Below the pieces are notes generated by a model that did no database searches, had not been told where the DNA came from, and saw only the letters and a program-made list of their open reading frames with translations. Both the position numbers and the translations under genes were made by a program. From Nitrospirales bacterium (GTDB lineage: Bacteria; Nitrospirota; Nitrospiria; Nitrospirales; UBA8639), in assembly GCA_965223295.1 (NCBI GenBank), contig CBDCWC010000002.1, positions 1,696,001 through 1,760,000 of the forward strand: DNA of 64,000 bases, written 5' to 3'. Positions 32,324 through 40,354 of the stretch are shown here, piece by piece (position 1 is the first letter of the stretch; every line of letters begins with the position of its first letter).

Positions 32324-34096
32324 TTACACCCCTGAAAGCTGTGCTTCTCGTTCCTTATTGTGACGGGCAATATACAGCAACCCATCGGCCATTGAATAAT
32401 TGAAGGGCAGTTCGCAAACGACCTCACTAATCTTTTCATAGACATATTGATACACTTTTTCAGCCTGATCCGGAGTCATTCCCGATTTCACTTCGTAGAA
32501 GAACCCTAGACTTAAGTCTTCTGAAGCCGGACGCATAATACGCTGGACTCCATAGGCTCCAGGATCACTCATGATTGGCGCTTCTTTCTCTAAATCAAAC
32601 AAACAGGGCTGGCATGAAAACCCATAGGAGGTATTTAGCTTCGTGTTATCCACAATAAAGTTCATCGTTTCGAGTGACTCTTCTTCTGTTTCGGTTGGGA
32701 ACCCAACAATGACATAGCAATGGACGGCGATACCTAAGTCTACACAATCAGAACAAATCCTCGAGACGTTTTCTTGTGTAATACCTTTGACCATAAAGTC
32801 CATAAGCCGGGCATTATACGTTTCTAATCCAAAGACAATTTTTTGACATCCAGCCTCTTTCAAGGATGCCAATAACTCACGCGAGAGATTTTTTTCAAAC
32901 CGGAATTCTGCCGTCCATTGCAAATCTAACTTTCGATTAATCAATTCTTTACACAACCGCTTTGTAGGGGAAAGAGCTAGACATTCGTCTGTAAAGAAAA
33001 AATAGGGCGTATCATGTAGTTTGGAAAGGGCCTCTAATTCATCAACCACTTTCATGGGATCCTTTTGTCGGAAATTCTGATGATCCAACGTCAAGGCGCA
33101 AAATGCACAGTCCTTGTAGTAACAGCCCCGTGAAAACTGAACCGGCAAAACCGTATAGGGCGCCAAATATTGGTCTAACGGAAACCCTTTGTAATTAGGC
33201 GCTGGATGCTCTTGTAGATTTTCGGAATAGAAGGGCTGATTGACGGTAATTTTTCCATCTTTTCGCCATATAAGGTTGGGGACCTTGCTAAAGTCTTTCC
33301 GGCCTTGTAATTGGTTAATCATTTCCAGAAGGGCAGTTTCGCCTTCAAACACAATAAAGTCATCGGCAATTTCAAACAAACGGTTACACCGCCTCAGATT
33401 GTCCACTAATCGCGTAAAAATACTTCCCCCTACTGTGAGATGAACTTCAGGGAATTGCTCTTTGATAAGCCGACACAGTGTTAATCCAGGGATGATCTGG
33501 GAGGTGGCAGTAATCGACACACCAACAAAATCTGCAGGCGATTGAGTAAAGCCAGGCAAAAAGAATCTCTGGAAAAGATCTAGATACGGATTTTGGGATT
33601 CATCATGAATGGCCTTTATAATATCTCGTGAAGAATAAATCGAATAAGACAGTTGATTGTCCACCACGGTCATTCGCGTAGGGAAATAGAGGGAAGACAC
33701 TACGTCCAACCATCGATCAATGACAAAGAGAGATTCTCGATATCGGTCTTCATCGAAAAACTCTTCAGATCGAAGTGACCCTTTTGCGCGTTCTATTTCA
33801 TCGATGAGGTGAGGGAAACGGTCTAAAGACTCAACGGCTTTCGCGTAATGTTCCTTACTCCCCGGACCTGTCTCTCCATCAACGGATCGTTCTAGCTTCT
33901 TGACCAAATCAATAAGCTGCTGATGAATATCGAGTCCAAAATTTTTGGTGAGCATCCGATCCAATAACTCAATATTCAAGTCGCGTTGCTCTTGAACAGG
34001 GACACCAGATTGCTCAAGAAAAGCAGAAAGACACGGAATACTCAAATATGGTTGAGAAGGATGCCAGCTCGGAGGAAATAAAAGGGAAATATTCAC
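32324..34096 (-). CDS. Cobalamin-binding radical SAM protein (CX4CX2C)
   Basis: FPP..PYLS N-terminus, VGVSIT, TVGG, RGCYYKDCAFC, FGLET, IVGFPTE; GTG start. Confidence 0.88.
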   Translation of the reverse strand: MNISLLFPPSWHPSQPYLSIPCLSAFLEQSGVPVQEQRDLNIELLDRMLTKNFGLDIHQQLIDLVKKLERSVDGETGPGSKEHYAKAVESLDRFPHLIDEIERAKGSLRSEEFFDEDRYRESLFVIDRWLDVVSSLYFPTRMTVVDNQLSYSIYSSRDIIKAIHDESQNPYLDLFQRFFLPGFTQSPADFVGVSITATSQIIPGLTLCRLIKEQFPEVHLTVGGSIFTRLVDNLRRCNRLFEIADDFIVFEGETALLEMINQLQGRKDFSKVPNLIWRKDGKITVNQPFYSENLQEHPAPNYKGFPLDQYLAPYTVLPVQFSRGCYYKDCAFCALTLDHQNFRQKDPMKVVDELEALSKLHDTPYFFFTDECLALSPTKRLCKELINRKLDLQWTAEFRFEKNLSRELLASLKEAGCQKIVFGLETYNARLMDFMVKGITQENVSRICSDCVDLGIAVHCYVIVGFPTETEEESLETMNFIVDNTKLNTSYGFSCQPCLFDLEKEAPIMSDPGAYGVQRIMRPASEDLSLGFFYEVKSGMTPDQAEKVYQYVYEKISEVVCELPFNYSMADGLLYIARHNKEREAQLSGV

Positions 34097-34253
34097 AGGG
34101 TAGCTCCCAGTCTATTTAGGAAAGAAAAAAGACAAGTTTTTGGAGAATGTTTTAAATTTATACACGTCATATTCTTCTCAATGCAACTAGGACCGAATTT
34201 TTCATCTTTTATAAGACACAACACATTGACAATGAGCTATCAATTTAGATTTA

Positions 34254-34467
34254 GGGTCTGTTGAAAAAATCCGCCCGCGGCGTTCCCTACCTTCGCCAGA
34301 GCGGCTTCGCGCAGGCAGGTCGCCATTGTTTAGGACCAATACGCTCCGCTCGCAAAAATGCCTGTGGCCTTGCTGGACAGGCTTTTTTGAACAGACCCGA
34401 GGTCGTTGACATGGTACATTGCAGAGACGAAATTTGGCCATTGATATCATCATTATTCAACAGTCTC
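34254..34467 (+). mobile_element. Non-autonomous MITE-like repeat, copy 1 (composite)
   Basis: GGGTCTGTTGAAAAA (34254) inverted against TTTTTGAACAGACCC (ends 34398) and TTATTCAACAGTCTC (ends 34467); homologous to 36946-37196 and 40274-40342. Confidence 0.7.
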
Positions 34468-34506
34468 ATTCATCAACACAGATAAAGCTTGATAGAAAGA
34501 TCCATT

Positions 34507-34562
34507 TAAAAAAAAACCCCCGGCAACTTCCTCATTAACTGAGGTGAATTACCGGAGGTTTA
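34507..34562 (-). terminator. Rho-independent terminator downstream of nxrC-like gene
   Basis: Minus strand AAACCTCCGGTAATT..CCTCAG-TTAA-TGAGG-AAGTTGCCGGGGGTTT followed by a T run. Confidence 0.8.
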
Positions 34563-34620
34563 ATTTTTATTGAGAGCTTTTTCTAGCTAGAAAAGCTCTG
34601 AAAACAACTGATTACTCAAC

Positions 34621-35574
34621 TTATGGCATTTGAGCAGTGAACCAGGTAGAAATGCCCTTCATGCCGTTCCGTTCGACATTCGAACCATCCCACACAGCAA
34701 ATGCGACAGGGAAGCTCGCGCCCGCTTTGAACTGCACATCGTTAGGATCATTTGTTGCCAGGCTCCGCTTCATGACGACACGCCATGTCGGACCGCTACA
34801 GCAACCACCTTTCAAGGCACCGTATGGCTCCCACAGTCCATTACCTTGAACGTCTTGTGACGCTTGAGTGGTTAAGGTGCTGAAACCATTTGCGTTCAAG
34901 TCTTCAACCGAACTGACTCGAAGGTTTGGATCAGACATGATGTTGCCAGACCAAATACCAGGATTGAATGGACCTAAGCTCCGACCAATACGATCTGGAT
35001 AGGTCACACCGCCGGCTGGCTCTTCATAGTAGTAATCCCAGGCAATTGATGGATATTGGTTATCCACATCCCACATACCCGCAACGCCACGACCTTGGTC
35101 TTTTTGCCATTCGGCATTCCAACGCCAGATGTTCACGGTTCCTCCAGATTGCCCCATACATTGGAACGGAGGAGCACCAGCCGTTTGCACTGGGAATTGC
35201 ACCGCCACTTGGTCCCTGAAATCTTGAGGACCAATGGTAGTATTATTTTGAGTTTGATCCCCCCAATTCGTCCAAATGCCAATTTCCTTGCCATTGGTAG
35301 CCATTTTGACCATGACGGTCTTGACGGAAATGTTGGGATGCATAGGAGTGGTAATGGTTTGACCACTTAGCGGAGCCACAACACCTGGGACGGACTCCCA
35401 CACAGGATTGGCCGCATCCATAGGAATTGGGCCGGAAATTTTGCCAACCGGAATCGTCACCGGTTGCGAGACGGCTAACGGAATCTGTCCTAGAGTCAAT
35501 CCAACACAGACCACAAGGACTGACAGAAGAACGCCAAACACCAGTCGTTTGTTACGCGTCTGCACCAATCTCAT
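34621..35574 (-). CDS. nxrC: EbdC-like heme b subunit, probable nitrite oxidoreductase gamma subunit (NxrC candidate 2)
   Basis: FRDQVAVQFP, CMGQ, VNIWRW, AFAVWDG..ERNGMK; directly downstream of TorD-like chaperone; RBS GGAGG. Confidence 0.78.
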   Translation of the reverse strand: MRLVQTRNKRLVFGVLLSVLVVCVGLTLGQIPLAVSQPVTIPVGKISGPIPMDAANPVWESVPGVVAPLSGQTITTPMHPNISVKTVMVKMATNGKEIGIWTNWGDQTQNNTTIGPQDFRDQVAVQFPVQTAGAPPFQCMGQSGGTVNIWRWNAEWQKDQGRGVAGMWDVDNQYPSIAWDYYYEEPAGGVTYPDRIGRSLGPFNPGIWSGNIMSDPNLRVSSVEDLNANGFSTLTTQASQDVQGNGLWEPYGALKGGCCSGPTWRVVMKRSLATNDPNDVQFKAGASFPVAFAVWDGSNVERNGMKGISTWFTAQMP

Positions 35575-35678
35575 AATGACGCATCCTCCTTTGATAAAAG
35601 ATTAAAACCGAAAGAACTGCTAACAACCTGTCTTTTTAGAACTGTCAAACAATTCAAAATAGCGAACATTAGAAAAAA

Positions 35679-36659
35679 CTATGCATTTCCAGTTTGATCA
35701 GATGTTGTACCGCTTTCTTTATCCAAGAACGCATCGGCACCAACTTCGTTCATTAACATACTCAATTCATTCCCTTGGTCTTGAGCTCCACATTCAAACG
35801 TTTGACCTTCCGGACTTTGATATGATGCTGGTCTGTAGTCAGTCTCTGAGTAGGGTTGTGGGGTCACTCCAAGATACGCAATCTCGAAAGCTATCCAATC
35901 AGAAGTGAAGTCGGCCAATATTTTATAGAACCCGTAATCGGCTTTTCGCTTTAACATTCCTGAAAATAAAGGAACCCAACGGCCGATATGTTCCTTGACA
36001 AATTTCTTTTCCGCCTCAAAAACCGTTTTGAGCTTCTCTCCGCCATCGTGAAGAATGGCATACGATTCTTTATAAGCTAAATAATGCATAAACTCGAGTT
36101 CGACACTGAGATGGTCAAGCCGTTCATGAATGTCGGGTGACAATTGAAGTCCAAATGCGCTGTAAAAACCGGCGATATCACCCATGACATAGGATTGGCC
36201 GAATACATGGTCATTTCCAAACAATGTTTCGTATGGAGGACAATCCAAGGCAATGACATTACTAAAGACTCGACGATGCTCGTCACGTAGATCTTGAATG
36301 TTCCAATTTTCTCCCTCTGAAGAAATCCATTCTTCTATAGCATCGAAGTGACCAGCCACCGCCTTCAGACGATCTTCCGATTCCTGCCCGCCAAAATTTT
36401 TCAGCTCTTTTCTTAATCCTTCTAATGCTGCTCGCCCATCTTCGACAAATTCACCACTTTGCAGATAATCCAAAAATTCTTCGTCTTCAGGAAATAGATA
36501 GCCCCATGAGACAAGAAGATAGAGCTTACTTCGACAAAGGGCACGATCAACAGCAGGGGCCGCCTTAGGCGATATTTTGACGGCCGTATGATCTCCTCCC
36601 TGCAGGGAAGACCCGTTTTTACTGCTACTCTTATTTTCTTTCACTGCAGTAGTTGCCAT
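35679..36659 (-). CDS. TorD/DmsD-family molybdoenzyme maturation chaperone
   Basis: PPYET, FYSAFGL, ERLDHLSVELEFM, F.KEHIGRW. Confidence 0.88.
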   Translation of the reverse strand: MATTAVKENKSSSKNGSSLQGGDHTAVKISPKAAPAVDRALCRSKLYLLVSWGYLFPEDEEFLDYLQSGEFVEDGRAALEGLRKELKNFGGQESEDRLKAVAGHFDAIEEWISSEGENWNIQDLRDEHRRVFSNVIALDCPPYETLFGNDHVFGQSYVMGDIAGFYSAFGLQLSPDIHERLDHLSVELEFMHYLAYKESYAILHDGGEKLKTVFEAEKKFVKEHIGRWVPLFSGMLKRKADYGFYKILADFTSDWIAFEIAYLGVTPQPYSETDYRPASYQSPEGQTFECGAQDQGNELSMLMNEVGADAFLDKESGTTSDQTGNA

Positions 36660-36750
36660 AAGTCACCCACTATTAGTAATAAAATCCCTGACCCGTGCAT
36701 GCATAAACGACGTATTATTCATCCATGTCATTTCACGAAAAGGGGACCAG

Positions 36751-36779
36751 ATCATAGGACAACAGGCCCATGAAGTCAA
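36751..36779 (-). promoter_or_regulatory. Sigma70-type promoter for torD-nxrC
   Basis: TTGACT-N17-TATGAT on the minus strand, about 90 bp upstream of the ATG. Confidence 0.7.
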
Positions 36780-36945
36780 GATGTGAATATCCTCCAAATG
36801 GTCTTTTCCTTTTCATAAAGTGACAAAACCTTTTACAAATATTTTCCCCTAAGCTCATTTCCTCTGGAAGATCATTTTTTGATCCTTCTCAACTCCTGTC
36901 TCATAACCATTTCTTACGAAATATACGTATTATATCTTATGTAAC

Positions 36946-37196
36946 TTAAAAAAAAGCCGCCCGCAGCGTTCCCTGCCTTCGCCGGACCACCTTTGCCGCA
37001 ATAGCTACGAAGGCTGAAAGCGGCTTCGCGCAGGCAGAGCACCATTGTTCCGTGCTCACGTATTGTCTGTAGGCTCCACACGCAAAAGGGCTCCGGCATT
37101 GCTGGACGAATTGCTTTGAACAGTCCCGTCTGATCGAAGGCACCAGCCCTCTTCGAGCAGTTTCGGGAATTGAAGTTAAACTATTCAACCGTGCCC
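36946..37196 (+). mobile_element. MITE-like repeat, copy 2 (degenerate, with extra nested insert)
   Basis: Shares AAAAA.CCGCCCGC.GCGTTCCCT.CCTTCGCC, GCGGCTTCGCGCAGGCAG, CCATTGTT, TTGCTGGAC, TTTGAACAG.CCC and TATTCAAC with copy 1. Confidence 0.65.
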
Positions 37197-37249
37197 TTAT
37201 CAAAATCGTTCAATAACTAAACTGGCAGATTTTGGTCTACCGAGTGAGG

Positions 37250-37873
37250 CTAACATGGTGAAACCCGGATGGCCGCACGGTCATTCACCGTTCCACAGAT
37301 ATACTGACAGACCCCGCAACCCACACAACGTTTTTCATCCACTGTGGCCAGAAAAGCACCAAAATCCATGGCTATAGCTTCTGTTGGACACTTGGGGATA
37401 CAGGCATTGCAACCGTTGCCAGCCGTGCAGACGTTTCGAGAAACCTTCGCTACTCCCATCTGGACATCATAGAGACTATCAAGAGGAATGAGAGCATCTG
37501 TTTCGCAGGCTTCAATGCAGGGAAAATCTTCACATAAGTAACAGGGGGCCTCTCCTGGATAAATACCAGGTGTTTCTTGTAGGACCAACTGTTTGATCGC
37601 GTCATGTGGACAGGCATCGATGCAATCACCACATTTAGTACACCGCTCTACAAATAACTCTTCCTGGACGGCCCCTGGAGGCCGAAGCCACCCAGTCTTT
37701 TCTCGTACCTTTTCCTCTGGTTCATCTTGTTGAGAAGGAGCATCTCGATGCTTAACAAATTCCTGGACTGTCGCACCAAGAGACACCATGGAATGCCGGA
37801 GAAACGTCCGGCGCCCCAACTTTGGGTCACTCGCGGCGCTGTCAGAAGATGGACGCTGATCTGGCATTGTCAT
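37250..37873 (-). CDS. NapG/MauM/NapF-like polyferredoxin
   Basis: LRPPGA, CTKCGDCIDACP, CYLC, CNACIPKCP, CVGCGVCQYIC; RRTFL twin-Arg-like motif without a clear h-region. Confidence 0.85.
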   Translation of the reverse strand: MTMPDQRPSSDSAASDPKLGRRTFLRHSMVSLGATVQEFVKHRDAPSQQDEPEEKVREKTGWLRPPGAVQEELFVERCTKCGDCIDACPHDAIKQLVLQETPGIYPGEAPCYLCEDFPCIEACETDALIPLDSLYDVQMGVAKVSRNVCTAGNGCNACIPKCPTEAIAMDFGAFLATVDEKRCVGCGVCQYICGTVNDRAAIRVSPC

Positions 37874-37896
37874 TGAAATGCGAACAACAGACCAAC

Positions 37897-38895
37897 CTAT
37901 ACCACACCTGAAGCACGCAACTTATACACTTCAACACATCGATCACAGGCGCCATACTCCGTATCCCAGCCCGGATGATTTTCACGAATAAAATCTAGAA
38001 CAAAACCCTCCAACGTCTCTTCCATATCTTCTACCCACGAGTAGGTTGGAAAACGACAGAGAGGACAAGGAAAGCCAGGAAGCAACAAGGGTTTTGTTGG
38101 AACATCGGGGACTTCGCTGTCTTCAATTTCCACCGCCCGTTCAATGACTCGCGTGGTATCCGAAGCCATTTCTACAAGTTCAGCATGAGTCAGATAATCC
38201 GTCTGCCACAATCCTTCAAACACAGACTCGACTTGCTCAGGGAGAATTTTTCGATACCAGGAACGAAATTCTCGGAACCGGTATTCCCGGGAAAACATAG
38301 GCTCTTTCCCAGACCGCGCAATCCGGCTATCCACATGCATACTCCAGAGGACTCGGTACCGATTCAAAATCAAATGTTCTTCACCGGGGTTTAATCCGAC
38401 TTTCGTGTCGGGGTCGTATCCAAAATTCTCATCAAGCATATCTGAAATATGCGTCAATTCATGACGCAAGTACCGAGGAATCGCTGGATCATAAAATCGC
38501 CGGGGAATTAATTTAATTCCCACACCCTTTTTCCCCGCTTCTTCAAACTCGCGAGCCAATTTTTCTTCAACGACGCCCCACTTCCTGAGAACATCCACAC
38601 CTTCTTGATCTTCTTTCAACACGCCGCGGACCAGAACAATCCCTGTCTTATCCCTGAGAGCCGGGAAGTCATCAAAACCATCGCGAAGAATATCGGCAAA
38701 TCCCCATTTTGCAAATAAATGCTGATAGAGACGTTTAAACTCCGGTTCACGGTCATCCAGAGCATATTGTTCATAAATTGGGTCGGCCAATTCGTGAAAC
38801 TCATTATAATAAGTGGGGTCACCCTCCCGTTCGGTCTTTTCAGCAAAAGAGTCGATCACTTCTTGCAGAAGGGCGGGCTGAAATCGAATTTCCAT
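37897..38895 (-). CDS. Conserved hypothetical protein with HExxH motif and C-terminal Cys4 site
   Basis: RHELTHISD; CPLC...CDRC; start reassigned to ATG 38895 after GGAGG. Confidence 0.7.
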   Translation of the reverse strand: MEIRFQPALLQEVIDSFAEKTEREGDPTYYNEFHELADPIYEQYALDDREPEFKRLYQHLFAKWGFADILRDGFDDFPALRDKTGIVLVRGVLKEDQEGVDVLRKWGVVEEKLAREFEEAGKKGVGIKLIPRRFYDPAIPRYLRHELTHISDMLDENFGYDPDTKVGLNPGEEHLILNRYRVLWSMHVDSRIARSGKEPMFSREYRFREFRSWYRKILPEQVESVFEGLWQTDYLTHAELVEMASDTTRVIERAVEIEDSEVPDVPTKPLLLPGFPCPLCRFPTYSWVEDMEETLEGFVLDFIRENHPGWDTEYGACDRCVEVYKLRASGVV

Positions 38896-39039
38896 GAACA
38901 AGCCTCCGTGTACGTCCACATCACCATCAAAGGGATAGTTGGCGATGTTGCCTCAATAATAGATAACGACATTTCACGCAACGCGATGCGCCGCGTCTTG
39001 ACTCACTTCAAAAGTGGCGTTTAGTATCAAGATGTTTGG

Positions 39040-39069
39040 ATTATAAAAACGGGTTTTCCGATTTGGCAA
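39040..39069 (-). promoter_or_regulatory. Sigma70-type promoter for HExxH protein and ferredoxin
   Basis: TTGCCA-N18-TATAAT. Confidence 0.55.
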
Positions 39070-39150
39070 GCGAACCCCGGGCATTTCATATCATGTTGAC
39101 ATTCATTATTTAGACGTAAATTTTCAGATGACCAAGCGAGGACTCTTTTT

Positions 39151-40242
39151 ATGACACAGCCAACAAGCCCAGATACTCTGCCCCCTCAGACCGATCTTCC
39201 CCCTCAAGAACAGGAACCCGCTCCAATCTTAGACTCTCTCCCCTATTGGAAAAGCGGTATTACAGAACTCAAGTCTTTTCGTGGGCATTCACAAGAAATT
39301 TGGTCGGTATCTTTTTCTCTAGACGGACTCACACTTGCTAGTGGTGGGAATGACCGCCTTGTCCGTATTTGGGATATTGAAACTGGTCGGCTCCTGCGCT
39401 CTCTTCGAGGCCATACCGCCCGAGTGCGAAATGTTCAATTCAGTCCGGATGGCCAAATGCTGGCCACGGCTAGTGAGGATAGAACAATTCGTTTATGGAA
39501 TCCTCAAACAGGAGAGTCGGTCCGTCTACTCTTTACTCGCTACGACCATGCCGTCACAAGTATTTCATTTTCCCCTGATGGATTAATGCTCGCCCGTGCC
39601 GGCCAAAATAAAGATATCAAAATTTGGGAAATTACCACCGGGACCGAACTCATGACCCTATTAGGGAAGGATCAGTACGATCATCACTGGAGCGTGTGTA
39701 CCGCTTTTTCTCCAGATGGGATCCATTTAGTGGCAGGAACTGATATCGGAAAACTTAAATTATACGAAGTGCTGCCAAGTGGAGAAGAAAAAGTCGTGCA
39801 TAATGGACACTGGCGAGATGAGGCCGATGACGAAGAGACAGAAAATCGCGGATTCTATGTGGATGAACAAGGAGGCTTCCAGAAACCTATGGAATATTGG
39901 ATCGGCGCCTTAACATTTACTCCAGACGGCGCAACCATGATTTCCGCCAGTCGGGATTGCACCATTAAATTTTGGGATATGCCGAACCTCAACGAACGCC
40001 GCACCTTAAAGGGGCATTCCGAATGGATCCGAAATCTCCTGGTCAGTCATGACGGAAAGGTCTTAGTCAGTGCGAGCGACGATGGAACCGCAAAAATGTG
40101 GGATATTGAGAACGGGCGGCAATTTCGCACCATCAAATCACATAAAGGCCCCGTGAGAGGGATCGCGTTGTCAGCCGATGGAAGATTCCTAGCTACCGCC
40201 GGAAATGACCGCGTAATTACTCTATGGGAAGGTGGTGCGTAA
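39151..40242 (+). CDS. WD40-repeat protein
   Basis: About 7 GH...FSPDG..LA.AS.D..I.LW repeats. Confidence 0.92.
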   Translation: MTQPTSPDTLPPQTDLPPQEQEPAPILDSLPYWKSGITELKSFRGHSQEIWSVSFSLDGLTLASGGNDRLVRIWDIETGRLLRSLRGHTARVRNVQFSPDGQMLATASEDRTIRLWNPQTGESVRLLFTRYDHAVTSISFSPDGLMLARAGQNKDIKIWEITTGTELMTLLGKDQYDHHWSVCTAFSPDGIHLVAGTDIGKLKLYEVLPSGEEKVVHNGHWRDEADDEETENRGFYVDEQGGFQKPMEYWIGALTFTPDGATMISASRDCTIKFWDMPNLNERRTLKGHSEWIRNLLVSHDGKVLVSASDDGTAKMWDIENGRQFRTIKSHKGPVRGIALSADGRFLATAGNDRVITLWEGGA

Positions 40243-40273
40243 GCACACCTCAAAGCAGGAATACTTCCTGTAA

Positions 40274-40342
40274 GGGTTTGTTGATCGACAAAAAATTCCT
40301 GGCGAAATATGGCCTTTGATATCTTCATTATTCAACACTCCC
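40274..40342 (+). mobile_element. 69-bp MITE-like element with target-site duplication
   Basis: Ends GGGTTTGTTGA / TCAACACTCCC (9 of 11 inverted match), flanked by TGTAA direct repeats; core matches 34428-34467. Confidence 0.65.
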
Positions 40343-40354
40343 TGTAACATTTGT

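Noticed and set aside
34202-34485. ORFs 34202..34453, 34261..34485, 34287..34469 (and 36914..37203)
   Set aside because: Translations of the MITE-like repeats
34254-40342. CRISPR array
   Set aside because: Repeats are dispersed with no repeat-spacer periodicity and no cas genes
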